DNA from: Octopus sinensis
Taxonomy: Eukaryota
Length of the DNA: 64,000 nt
Assembly: GCF_006345805.1 (NCBI RefSeq)
Contig: NC_043000.1
Location: 7,564,001 to 7,628,000, forward strand
Direction of reading: 5' to 3'
Shown here piece by piece: positions 40,506 through 52,549 of this stretch. How positions within the stretch are numbered: the first letter of the stretch is position 1; each line of letters starts with the position of its first letter. The notes under the pieces are model-generated. The model had not been told where the DNA came from and did no database searches. It worked only from the letters and a program-made list of their open reading frames with translations. The position numbers were made by a program, and so were the translations under genes.

Positions 40506-41076
40506 TTCACCATTCAAACTGACAGGAAGATAGATGCAAATAGGCCAGACATCATATTGAAAGACTTCAAACAAAGAACATGCCTCCTCATTGATATGAC
40601 TGTCCCAATCGATATAAACGTATCTGTCAGGACCTACCAAAAACTGAGCAAATATAAAGATCTTGAAATAGAAATCAGCAAAATGTGGAAGCTGAAGACT
40701 AAAACAATACCTGTTGTCATAGGTGCCCTGGGAATGATAGCAAAAGGGGCTGATAGCTACCTAACTCAGATACCAGGAAACCCAAAATGGCAGAAGTTCA
40801 AAAGATAGTGCTCATGGGAACTGCTCATATCCTACGCAAAATACTCTCTATGTAACCTCAAGGTTTAAAACAACCATAATTTTCGGTTTAAAAAAAAAAA
40901 AAAAAAAAAACTTTTTTTTTTTTTTTAGACATTCATTAGTACAACATCCCCACCCCCCAAATATATGGCACACTAGGCATAACAACAACATGAACTTCCA
41001 ACCCTGTTGTCTCTTGAGGTCTCTGGGTGAGACTTGGAGCCAACTTGTACAAATATAAAGCAAAAGTCAAACATAG
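40503..41076 (+). mobile_element. R4/Dong-clade 3' fragment (RLE domain plus 3' UTR)
   Basis: IQTDRKIDANRPDIILKD...LIDMTVP.D...KLSKYKDLEIEI...IPVVIGALG...GTAHILRKIL; (TAA)n on both sides. Confidence 0.88.
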
Positions 41077-41323
41077 AATAATAATAATAATAATAATAAA
41101 TAATAATAATAATAATAATACAAAGAAGGGTGTAACTGGTATCAAATGAACAATGTTTCGATATCTCGTGTGTCTTCCACAGATTCAAAAATAAACTTGT
41201 CAATCTACTTCATTTTGGTAATATTTATAGAATTGATGTTTGAACGTGTGGAAAACACATGAGATGTTGAAATATTGTCGATTTGATAACAGCTGCACTC
41301 TTCTTTATTGTTTCTTTACTTTC

Positions 41324-41557
41324 TTATTTCTTTACTGCCCACAAGGGGCTACACACAGAGGGGACAAACAAGGACAGACAAACAGATTAAGCCGATTGTA
41401 TCGACCCCAATACATAACTGGTACTTATTTAATTGACCCCGAAAGGATGAAAGGCAAAGTTAACCTCGGCGGAATTTGAACTCAGAATGTAACGGCAGAC
41501 GAAATACTGCTAGGCATTTTGCCCAGTGTGCTAACGTTTCTGTCAGCTCGCTGCCTT
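41324..41557 (-). mobile_element. Same SINE family with ~13-bp TSD
   Basis: ttctttactttct on both sides; full head and tail. Confidence 0.8.
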
Positions 41558-41587
41558 CTTTACTTTCTGGAGGAGTAACATCAATCC

Positions 41588-41675
<88 letters not shown>

Positions 41676-41679
41676 ATGG

Positions 41680-42290
41680 TTTCAGACTTTGGTAAAAGGC
41701 CAGTAATTTCAGAGAGGGGTTAAGTTGTTTACATCAACCCTAGTACTCAGCTGCTACTTATTTTATTAACCCCCTAAAGGATGCAAGGCAAAATTGATCG
41801 TGGATGAATTTGAACTCAGAACATAAAGACAGATGAATTGCTGCTAAGCAACTTGTCCAGCATGCTAATGATTCTGCCAGCTCACCATAATTTTGGCACA
41901 AGGCCAGCAATTTCAGGAGAGGGATCTGGTACTTGTTTTATCAACCTTGAAAGTATGAAAGGCAAAGTCAACCTCAGAATTTGAATTCAGAAAGTAAAAA
42001 TGGACAAAATGCCGCTAAGCATTTTGCCTGGTGTGCTAATGATTCTGCCAGTTTTCCTCCTCCTTAATAATAAGTATTGAAACAAGTTAGTGATTTAATT
42101 TTCATTCGTGTCTAACGGTTACTAACTTTGGCACAAGGCTTCCAGTTTGTAGTGGAAATGGGTTGTCTTTGTGTTACATTTGGTTCAGTGATTGCTCATA
42201 CTTAATTTATTAACTTTGGAGAGATGAAAGGCAAAGTTTCCCTGGCAGTATTTCAATTCAGATTGTAGAGGAATGAATCTAAATTCTTTA
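41680..42290 (-). mobile_element. Cluster of three co-oriented degenerate Meta-like SINE copies
   Basis: Same core near 41780, 41955 and 42225. Confidence 0.7.
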
Positions 42291-42815
42291 AGATATTGCA
42301 CATTTAGTCTAACTTTCAACTATTTCAGTCAATCTCCCACTTTACTGACATTTTAAATAAGGAATAAACCATTATTTGAACATATTGAAAAAAAAAAATA
42401 TTTTCAATGTTACAACTTTTCAGCGATATCATTCATGATAGCTGTGTCTCAACTTTTTATATTTGCATCTGAGATGCTAAGTTAGCGGATTTTTCTGTTG
42501 AGATTAAAATAAATTTTAACAGGTATTTCCTGTTAGAATTTTCACCTTTCTTAAACAAAAAAAAAACAAAAATATCTAATAGCAAAACTTCTCTGATAAA
42601 GAAACTGCTAGGATATTTATTTGAGGTTGTTCTAATATGGCAATTAAGATTTTTGTAACCAGTGAAATGTTAGTATAATTTAAACAGGCTGTTTTTCCTC
42701 TCTTTTTCTTTTATTTTTAATTGGTTGCAAAAGAAAAATCTTTGTGTGTTTATGTGTGTGCAATGTAAAAGGGTAAAAATCCCCTTCGGTCATGAACGAC
42801 TATGTCACCAGATGA

Positions 42816-43480
42816 CTTCAAAATCTCCTACAATTCTTCTGGATGGTCTCCTTGTTTAAGTTGGTGAATGCTACGATAATCTGTGCTTTCAGTTCATGTT
42901 TGGTGTTACAAGAAGTTTTGTTGGTTTCTTGCTCATCTGCATCCCACAGATGTGGTTGCAGAAATTGTCTGACAGGCGTGACTGGGTTCTCCTGCTTGTG
43001 TGACATGGTGCAAAGTTCTATTGCCAGACCAAGGGTCTTCCAGCAGCCATCCTCTTGACCAAGGGCAGCATTACCTCCTCCAGGCACTTGGTGTAGGCTT
43101 CCATGTTGAGTCAGAGGCTGTGTGGAAAGATGAATGGAGGCATGATGTTGCCATCAGTAGTGATCACTTCAAACACCTTGATTTTGACTGGATGTTTGAT
43201 TTTTATCATTCTTGGTACATGTCCTCAGATTGCACAGTCCAAAGATTAACACCCAACGACTCTGAAATGTTCATATTGGCACTTTCAGCATGAATGCCAA
43301 GCAGTAGAGTATGCCATTTCCAAATTTCTAGCAGATTGAATTACATCATGGTACTGTTTTTCTCACAGATGGTGCCCAACTGACCCTACTATACTATGTA
43401 GTCGACAAACTCAAAAGCAAGCAATGTGCATGCATAAAATTAAAAATTTAAAGTGGTGGCAATTTACCCATCGCACCCTG
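42816..43480 (-). mobile_element. maT-type transposon fragment, same family as 22223-22905, truncated on the left
   Basis: Ends cgcaccctg|ta at 43480; homologous to 22223-22760, including CNTKHELKAQIIVAFTNLNKETIQKNCRRF. Confidence 0.8.
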
Positions 43481-43484
43481 TATA

Positions 43485-43777
43485 CTAGCTATTGTACCCA
43501 GTAATTACCGGGGGTAAAGATGTTCTATTGAAACGTGTTATTACTCTGATATAATAAAGCAATTTCGTTATAACTGCCACAAAAGTGTATTTTCCGTCAC
43601 AAAAAAGCACAAAAAACAGTCAGCTGGAGGAGGGAGAGATTGTTGGAAGTTGGCAAGAGAGGTTTTCAGAGGTTGGTGAGAAAGTACTCTGACTCATTGT
43701 GGCATTTTAAAGGTGAACTTTATGAAGGTTAATTTATTAAAGGTAATATATAAATGCAGTATATATGTATATAAAGA
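43485..43777 (-). mobile_element. Probable non-autonomous Helitron (~293 bp)
   Basis: Minus strand 3' end cccggt-aatt-actggg-tacaatagCTAG|T; candidate 5' end A|TCTTTATATACATATA at 43777 (less certain). Confidence 0.55.
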
Positions 43778-45333
43778 TATGAATGAAGTGTTTAAATATT
43801 TAAGAATGAAATGAAGAATGTGCAATAATAATGTTCACTTTCACTGATGGTTGCTCTCAGTAACTGCCTTTAGCTTACAGAGTTCTTGTTTTTATAACTA
43901 TTGAAAAGCAGCCAGAAGGATAGACATATTGTTGAGAACAAATGATTTCATTAGAGGTCTGTTATCTCCATTCCGGCCCCTGGTGGCCTAGAAGAGGTTA
44001 GAAAGGTCAAGTGGCAAAGACATTATTCTGCTTAGCGAAGGCATCTAGGAAATGTATAACTGCTGTCATTCACAGAAAAACTATTGTTTTACCATGAGAA
44101 AAGCACTGCTGAAGTGTTAAGTGAAATTTGGCAATTGAGGATCGAATCCATGCTATGCCTACATGAAGGCACTACAAATACATTGTGGAATAAAGAATTT
44201 ATCTACTGTCATTGAAAAACTGTAACTGTAAAAATGCAGAATTATCAGAGTAATGGGCATTCAAAAAAGTATGTATGTATAGAAATGTATGAATGAAGTC
44301 TTTAAGGTTTAAGATTCAAATCAAGGAAATGCAATAATAATGTTTAGCAGTTCAAAACTGAGTAGTGAAATGCAGAATTAGGTCAGCTGATCGTAAGAAT
44401 CAAATATTGATCGCTTTGCTAAAAACTGCAGGTGGTATGGGTTATTTCCCTTGGGTTGTTTAAATAAAATATTAGTAATATGTAGTAGATTGAAGGATCC
44501 ATTGGAGGGGCCCTATTATCAATTTTTTTCAACAATCTAAGTATGTCACGAGGTTTCCAGACATGAGTTCTACTCACATGTCAAATAAAGTATAAAAGTG
44601 ATATTGTCTGCAAAAATTAGAAATTAGACACACAAAAAATCAATATTCAAAGTAATCGAACATAAACAATGAAACCTGTAAAATATTTCTAAATTCGACG
44701 GCTCTATTAGTTTCATGAAAATGTTGTATGAACTGTAAATAAGCAATAAATATTATGATTTGTAAAATAAGTATAGGTGAGACAGGGTGTCCCAACTGAA
44801 TGTGGTGTGGAAGTTTTTTTTTTTTTTAAGAATTTTAAGCATTCACAGTATGAGTTCATTGTACTGGGACACAATTATTAAATACATTCTGGAATCAAAA
44901 ATTTATGTAGTGTCATCGAAAAATTTTAACTGGAAAAATACAGAATTATTGGAGTTATGGGCATTGAAAGTGTACATGCATCAAGAAAGTGCAATAATAA
45001 GGTCGAGAAGTTGAAAACTGTGTGTAGTGAAATGCAGGATTAGGTCTGCTGATCGTGAAAATCAAATATTGATTGCTTCACTAAAAACTAACTGTAAGTG
45101 CAGGTGCTATGGGTTATTTCCCTTGAGTGTTTGAAAAAATGAGTTATATGAGGTAGATATAAAGATCCCTTCCAGGGGACATATTATTGATTTTTTTCCA
45201 ACAATCTAAGTATCTCACGAGGTTTCCAGATATGAGTGCTACTCACTTGTCAAGTTTCATCAAAATCAATAAAACGATGTTGGAGGAGTTAGCTAACAAC
45301 ACCACAAACAAACACTGATTTTCCACACATGTA

Positions 45334-45378
<45 letters not shown>

Positions 45379-45590
45379 GTCTGTAAAATAATATGTGACA
45401 ATTATTCAGTAGCCAAGATAAAACTCTGAGTTTCAGATGCCAAGGTGGAAATCCACCACATCATCTCTTCGGTTATCTGGCCATCTGAAAAACACTATGA
45501 AAAAACACTGTTATACAAATTTCCTCTATTTACATAATATTGAGGTCTCTTTCTTTCTTTTGTTATCTTGCTGTTTTTACCAATGCATAT
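45379..45590 (-). mobile_element. Third copy; hammerhead-like motif at 45415-45478 (U4C), with an inverted terminal segment
   Basis: Minus strand reads agataa-CCGAAGA-GATG...CATC-T-GAAAC-TCAG-AGTT-ttatct; 45518-45585 is the reverse complement of the segment that precedes the motif in the 50041 copy. Confidence 0.55.
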
Positions 45591-46491
45591 ATAATATATA
45601 TAGTTTCTAATTTTGAAGATAGTAGATAGTAAGGGAGCTATATAGTTACATTCTTAAAAGTGTATTTTCAGTATCATGAAAAGCAGGCTTATGTGGATGT
45701 ATAAGCTGACACAGATTTGAAGATACAGAAATGAGGCTGAGTGCATAATTTTGAAGGGAGAGTACAATTATAATGAGCGTGTTTGTTTAAATAGGAAAAA
45801 AGCAATTTTTGTATGCCGCTTCACAGTATTGATTCTTATTGCATATTTGTGATGGTGTTCACTGCACCAAATTAATCTTGTTTCATGTGGCAGTCATGCA
45901 TGAGAAATGCGAGCAACACCAGTCAGTAGTTGGTTGGAAATACAAATGATTATTCTTGAAATAATCTCACCACCATGATATCAAGGCATGGAAAATCCCT
46001 TGTCCAAGAAAAACCTTTTTATAGCATATGGTAAATGAATGAAGGTGTGTTGGCCAAGTGGTTAGGGTGTTGTACTCCTGATCATAAAATCATGGTTTCA
46101 ATACTAGGACTGGGAAGTGAATTGTGTTTTTGAGCAAAATCACTTCATTTTATGTTGCTCCAGTTCACTCAGCTGTAAAGGAATTTCAGCAATAATTAGG
46201 AAGTTAAACCTGCAATGGACCGGCATCTCTTTCAGTGGGATTGTTGTAATTTTAGTCACTTATATGCTATAGAAACTGAATTAATCCCCAGCTTATGGAT
46301 CCTGGGTCTCATGACAGACCTAAGTAATAGATGAATAGTTCACCAGTTAAAGTTACTCTGAAATCCATTTTTTATTCTGACCATACTAGTGATAATATTC
46401 AGTCATATCTTTTGCCATGCTGTGTCATCTTTGATAAACTCTCCCACTTTTTCTCTGTCCATCTCACTATGACTTGAAATATTTCTAACTA

Positions 46492-47057
46492 TTGGGTTGT
46501 CCGGAAAGTTCGTACCGATTTTTAAAGGAAAGCAAAAGGTCAATAAATACTTGCTATTACATTTTTAATCAACCAAATATGAACCATTTTGTTGCACAAT
46601 GCGTCTCCATCTTTCCTTTAACTTGAAAATACCCTTTTCCCAGAATTGAGGGGGTTTCATGGCAAAGAATTCATCAAGGTATCTTTTTACATCATCCAAG
46701 GAATTGAAATTTTTATCATTAAGACTATTCTGCAGAGACCTGAATAAGTGGAAATCCGAAGGAGCAATATCTGATGAATATGGAGTGTGGGGTAACACAT
46801 CCCAGCTGAGCTGCAGCAATTTTTGTCTGGTTTCCAAAGCATCAAGTGCCGAAAACGAACTTTCTTATCTTCTATTTTAAAGGGTTACAAAATTAACACA
46901 GGTTATAGGAACATAAACCTTCTTCCATGAAAAGATAGCTTAAACTGTGCTCTAAATGGAGGTGTAATCAAATCTTATTTTATGGACTCAACTATGTTCT
47001 AAAATAAGTCGAAAGGTAAGCTACTATAAATCGGCACAAACTTTCCAGACAACCCAA
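46492..47057 (-). mobile_element. Internally deleted mariner element
   Basis: TA TSD; ~30-bp TIR ttgggttgtccggaaagttcgtaccgattt; C-terminal transposase remnant LPHTPYSSDIAPSDFHLFRSLQNSL...ERWRRIVQQNGSY. Confidence 0.9.
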
Positions 47058-47065
47058 TACTTTTA

Positions 47066-47284
47066 CCCTTTAGCATTCATGTTTCTTTGTCAAGTGTGTT
47101 GCTTATTTATTCATATTGTTTTGAATTAGTCTTGCATTGTCTTGTAGTGTCAATATATCGATGATGTGATTCTATGTTTTTCGAAGACATTGAAGGGGAG
47201 TTGTGAGAAGTTGGATCTGGTCAGTTGTAGTATAAAATGCATAAAATATTGGGGCTGGTTATGACTAGTTTAAATGCTAAAGGG
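47066..47284. mobile_element. piggyBac-like MITE
   Basis: 12-bp TIR ccctttagcatt/aatgctaaaggg; TTAA on the right, TTTA on the left. Confidence 0.65.
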
Positions 47285-48702
47285 TTAAGGCAGTGAATTG
47301 GCAGAAGAGTTAGCTCACTGGGTAAAATGCTTAGCGGTATATTGTCTGTATTTGTGTTGAGTTCAAATTCTGCTGAGGTCGACTTTGCCTGACATCATTT
47401 TGGGGTTGATAAAACAAGTATCAGTTGAGTATTGGGGTTAATGCCATCAACTTGTTCCTACCTTCACAATCGCTGGCCTTGTGCTAAGATTTAAAACTAA
47501 TATTTCTAATAACTGCCAATCCCTCCCCCTGACTGGCTCCTGTGCTGGTGGCACATAAAAAACACCATCCGAACATGGTTGATGCCAGTGCTGCCTGACT
47601 GGCTCCCATGCCAGTGGCATGTAAAAAGCACCCACTACACTCTCAGAGTGGTTGGCGTTAGGAAGGGCATCCAGCTGTAGAAACATTGCCAGATCAGATT
47701 GGAGCCTGGTGTAGCTTACTGGTTTGCCAGTCCCAAGTCAAACCATCCAACCCATGCCAGCATTGAAAACGGACATTAAACAATGATGATAATGATAATG
47801 ATGATGATGATCTCATGAAAAACTCTTCAGATTTTGAAGTTTGCCAGCCTGGTTCCTTGTTACTCTGCCTACTTAGTTCTTATTCTGCTTCATGTAATTG
47901 CCAAAATGTAACTTTCTAATGGTTTCCTTATGTGGTTTCTCTACTTAAAATCAATCTGGAGAGGATACATGTACTTATGATCACCAGTTATTTGAATTAC
48001 AAGTATTAAAACATCATCATCATCATTTTAACATTCACTTTCCCATACTTGCATGGTTTAAATGGAATTCAGTGAGGCAGATTTTCTACAGCTAGCAACC
48101 CATCCTGTTGCCAAGTTTCACCTATTTCAAGCAAAGTAACATTTCCCTATTACTGGACATGTATATATTCACAGAAGATTGGAAACGAGATACCAATTGT
48201 ATGAAAATGATGCTTGATTACAAGAGTATTGCATGATATCAAGACAAGGGGACAAACAGACACATGGTGATATTCTTTCAGTTTTTGTCTACCAAATTCA
48301 TCCACAAAGCTTTGTTCATCTTGGAGCAGTAAAAGAAACTTGCCCAAGGTACCAATTTATTTTGCAAAGACTGCTGTGGTTTGAAGGTAGTTTATTAGAT
48401 GACACAGGGAGCAGATTTTAAGTGAAATAACTAACTGATGGAGTTCCTCAAATCGAAATGTAAATACAACTTACTGTATTAGCATTGCATTGAGTGCAGT
48501 TACCTTAAAAAAAAAGCTGGACACAGCTTACACCCCCCTCGACACACATACACACAACATACACACACATATATATATATATATACACACAGGTACACAC
48601 ACACACACATATATATATATATTAGTGACAGAGGCAATATTAATACTGAGAGATAATATTTATCTTCACTTAAATGTGGATGTTCTGTTAGAACAAACTA
48701 TA

Positions 48703-48969
48703 CTGTGGTAGATACCACAAGAGACCCTCTCATATAGGCTTTTAGTGCAAAATGCATGCTTGTTTATATCACTGGGGGGAATTTATCTCCCTGTCACTTT
48801 CAACACCGAGACCACTAGCTCATGTGATTTCGACCTTCTTTGGTCTTGTCAATGATGAATGCTTGACTGCTAGAGATAGCAGCAACTCATTTCCCTGCCA
48901 GCAATGTAAATGAGTGCATTTTACACCAATCAACTAATATGAGAGTTTCTCATATGGTATCTGCCACAG
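48703..48969. mobile_element. TA-flanked MITE (Tc1/mariner-type)
   Basis: TA|ctgtggtagataccacaagagaccctctcatat ... atatgagagtttctcatatggtatctgccacag|TA. Confidence 0.75.
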
Positions 48970-49030
48970 TAAAGTTTGTTCTAACAGGACATCCACATTT
49001 AAGTGGGGATAAATATTACTTCTTGACATA

Positions 49031-49076
<46 letters not shown>

Positions 49077-50040
49077 CATATATACATATATAATTACGAG
49101 GCAAAGTGGCTGAGTTCCTTTTGAGTGTTGGGCCTCACAGAAGCAATGACCAAGACCTTTGGCATTATGTTGTGCTTGAGAAGAAGACCCATCAAGTCAA
49201 GCAAAATAGCAGTTGCTGTAGATACCAGTGTCATGCAAATTGGCACCCGTGCCAGTGGCACATAAAATTGCACTCCGGTATCATGTAAATGGCATCCGTG
49301 CCAGTGGCATGTAAAACATCCATTACACTCTTGCAGTGGTTGGTGTTTGGAAGGGCATCCAGCTATAGAAAACCATTTCAAATCAGACTTGAGTCTGGTG
49401 CAGCATGCCAGCCTGGTGAAACTGTCCAACCCATGCCAGCATGGACAACAGACGTTAAATGATGATGATGATATATACACATACACACACATATATGTAT
49501 CCAAATTTAGGGGATGGATTAGATAAACATAGAATCCCCTGACAGCAATGTAACCTTCATTTGACTAAGGTATCTTTGGCCTGATGAGTAGCTAGCAGAT
49601 TACTCCTCGTTTGGGTAATTACTACTCCTGAGGTTCTGCTAGTTAAGAAACAGATATATCCTGGATTTTTTTCTACTGCATCCCCTAAATTTGGATTTTT
49701 ATTTGCATACACAGTATCCCCAGCTGCTAGCTGTGAACTATGAAATAACTGTTTTCAGCTTATCAAACTTCAATATGGGAAAAATTTACAACCTTCTGTG
49801 TCAATAAACCACTATTGTTCTTGAAGTTGTTTTTTTATACCTTCTACAGACTGCTTGAAGCTTACTAACTTCCTACCCCTGGATCCTTGGATCTTACCTT
49901 TACATATGACTACACACACACACACACACATGTGCATGCTTCCATACCCATGTGAGCATGGAAGGTGGACATTAAATAATGATGCTGATGATGATGATAT
50001 ATATGTATATATATATCTCTCTCTCTATATATATATATAT

Positions 50041-50369
50041 ATTGATAAAAATGGTAAGACAACAAAAGAAAGAAAGAGACCTCGATATTATGTAAATAAA
50101 GGAATTTATCTGTAAATGTAATAGTGACAATTATTCGGCAGCCATGATAAAAACTCCGAGTTTCAGATGTCGAGGTGGAAATCCACGCCGCCATCTCTTC
50201 AGTTATCCAGCCATCGGAAAAATGCTATGAAAAATAACCCATATTGAATTCTTCTGTTGGGTAGAGTCCTCAAACGATGTCTGGCGATTTTCCAAAATAA
50301 GCTGTATTAGGCCTTAGGGAAAAATAGCAGTGTACGGGAGGTAACTTATTGATAAAAATGGTAAGACAA
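50041..50369 (-). mobile_element. Short PLE pseudo-LTR/retrozyme-like unit (307-bp period) with hammerhead-like motif at 50146-50207
   Basis: 22-bp direct repeat attgataaaaatggtaagacaa at 50041-50062 and 50348-50369; minus strand reads ggataa-CTGAAGA-GATG...CATC-T-GAAAC-TCGG-AGTT. Confidence 0.6.
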
Positions 50370-50540
50370 TGTATATATATATGTGTGTGTGTATATATAT
50401 ATATATATATAAATCTTTATATGCAACTTAATTGCATGCATACATACACATACATACATGTTTCCATTTCTTCCTGCTTCTCTCTACGTATTCTGGAGAT
50501 AATCATTATGTTCTATTTTCATTTATCTTTCCAATTTCAG

Positions 50541-50633
50541 TATGGTGGACGTCTTGATTTAGTGGAACTGGTGTCATTTATAAATGAACAAACTAATATT
50601 ATGAGACAGCCAGGTGGAGAGCTAGAAGAAATG
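50541..50633 (+). CDS. Internal coding exon (phase 0-0, 31 codons) of a probable ERp38/TigA/PDIL2-type protein disulfide isomerase (end of thioredoxin domain plus linker to ERp29-like D domain)
   Basis: Acceptor ...tttatctttccaatttcag|TAT and donor ATG|gtaata; 93 nt; translation YGGRLDLVELVSFINEQTNIMRQPGGELEEM matches from memory the PDI-D pattern Y.GGR.L..(F/L)V.FINE...R...G.L. No other exon of the gene was recognised in the window. Confidence 0.72.
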
Positions 50634-51172
50634 GTAATATTTTTTGTTTTCATCCATCTTCTTTATATATTATCAAACTCACTCACCACTCTCCATGTCT
50701 CTGAAGAATTCTCTCACTTTTCTCAGGTGTTTAAATGGAACTTTCTGGATTGATATTCAAAATTAGTTATGTCTGTCTGTCTGTCTGGTTAACTGTCTGT
50801 TTGCCATTCTGGTTGCATATCTCTCTCTCTATCTCTTTTACTCTTTTACTTGTTCCAGTCATTTGACTGTGGCCATGCTGGAGCACTGCCTTTAGTTGAG
50901 CAAATCGACCCCAGGACTTATTCTTTGTAAGCCTAGTACTTATTGTATCGGTCTCTTTTGCCAAACTGCTAAGTTACAGGGACATAAACACACCAGCATT
51001 GGTTGTCAAGCGATGTTGGAGGGACAAACACAGACACACAAACACACACACACACACATACACATATATACATATATACGATGGGCTTCTTTCAGTTTCC
51101 ATCTGCTCATGATGAATCATATGTAGGCTGGATCTTATCTATTCCATTCCATAACTCTTGTATGTGCATATA

Positions 51173-52506
51173 TATTAATAATAAAATATTAGGGAATAAA
51201 TCCAAACTTACAGTGAAAAATCAGATTTAGGATTGAATCCAATTTTATAGTAAAATATTATATTATATTAAATTAGAGATAAAACCACTATTAGGCAAAT
51301 CAAACAATGAAAAACTTAAGCCAATACATAAAATTGATTAATTTATATTATTTTAAATATATATCAAAATTATTAAAAGTTTAATAAAAGATAATGAGTA
51401 AAACACTACGATCGTTTCATGGCTGTCCAATTCGTAATAATTCGAGTTATGGTTACAGTCAATCTTCAGGTGATTGAAATATCTAAAATATAATCAGAAA
51501 TAATTAAACAATATTTTTAAGATATAAATAATATAATAATTTTACTTATAATAAACTCTATTATCAAACTAGAAACATAGAACTTAACAATTATGATTAT
51601 ATCAAAATCGACTATAATGTTAAATATTAATTTTAATTTATAAGGTAGGAAACCCACCAATAATCTAATATCGGTATTAGTCTATATCTAATTACATAAA
51701 TATTTAAAAATGACTAATATATATAAATTATCAATGAAAATATATAAATGTATATAAATATTATAATTAAGATCTAAAATAATCTCTATAAATAAATGTA
51801 TATGCACATATAATAAAAACCTAATAAATTTAATTTTTCATATTTAAAGATGAAATAGCTTTAAACAAGATTTCCGAAAGTTCGTTTAAGTTTGTTTATT
51901 TGTATTTTGAAATTAGCTATTTCATCTTTAAATATGAAAAATTAAATTTATTAGGTTTTTATTATATGTGCATATACATTTATTTATAGAGATTATTTTA
52001 GATCTTAATTATAATATTTATATACATTTATATATTTTCATTGATAATTTATATATATTAGTCATTTTTAAATATTTATGTAATTAGATATAGACTAATA
52101 CCGATATTAGATTATGGGTGGGTTTCCTACCTTATAAATTAAAATTAATATTTAACATTATAGTCGATTTTGATATAATCATAATTGTTAAGTTCTCTGT
52201 TTCTAGTTTGATAATAGAGTTTATTATAAGTAAAATTATTATATTATTTATATCTTAAAAATATTGTTTAAATATTTCTGATTATATTTTAGATATTTCA
52301 ATCACCTGAAGATAGACTGTAACCATAACTCGAATTATTACGAATTGGACAGCCATGAAACGATCGTAGTGTTTTACTCATTATCTTTTATTAAACTTTT
52401 AATAATTTTGATATATATTTAAAATAATATAAATTAATTAATTTTATGTATTGGCTTAAGTTTTTCATAGTTTGATTTGCCTAATAGTGGTTTTATCTCT
52501 AATTTG

Positions 52507-52515
<9 letters not shown>
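51173..52515. mobile_element. Fold-back element with ~601-bp arms (51260-51860 / 51915-52515), 54-bp spacer and 87-bp left extension; probable inverted Penelope-like pseudo-LTR pair
   Basis: Arms are reverse complements with about seven substitutions seen by eye; very AT-rich; same family as 2052-2762. Confidence 0.85.
52300..52374 (+). ncRNA. Hammerhead-like motif (variant); mirror copy at 51401-51475 on minus strand
   Basis: aatcac-CTGAAGA (52306-52312)...acagccat-GAAAC-gatc-GTA|gtgttt; helix I 5 of 6 bp paired; helix II imperfect. Confidence 0.55.

Positions 52516-52549
<34 letters not shown>

Noticed and set aside
51173-52515. Mitochondrial control-region insertion (NUMT) suggested by extreme AT content
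   Set aside because: No tRNA, rRNA or mitochondrial gene remnants recognised; a second dispersed copy and the hammerhead-like motif fit a retroelement terminus better.
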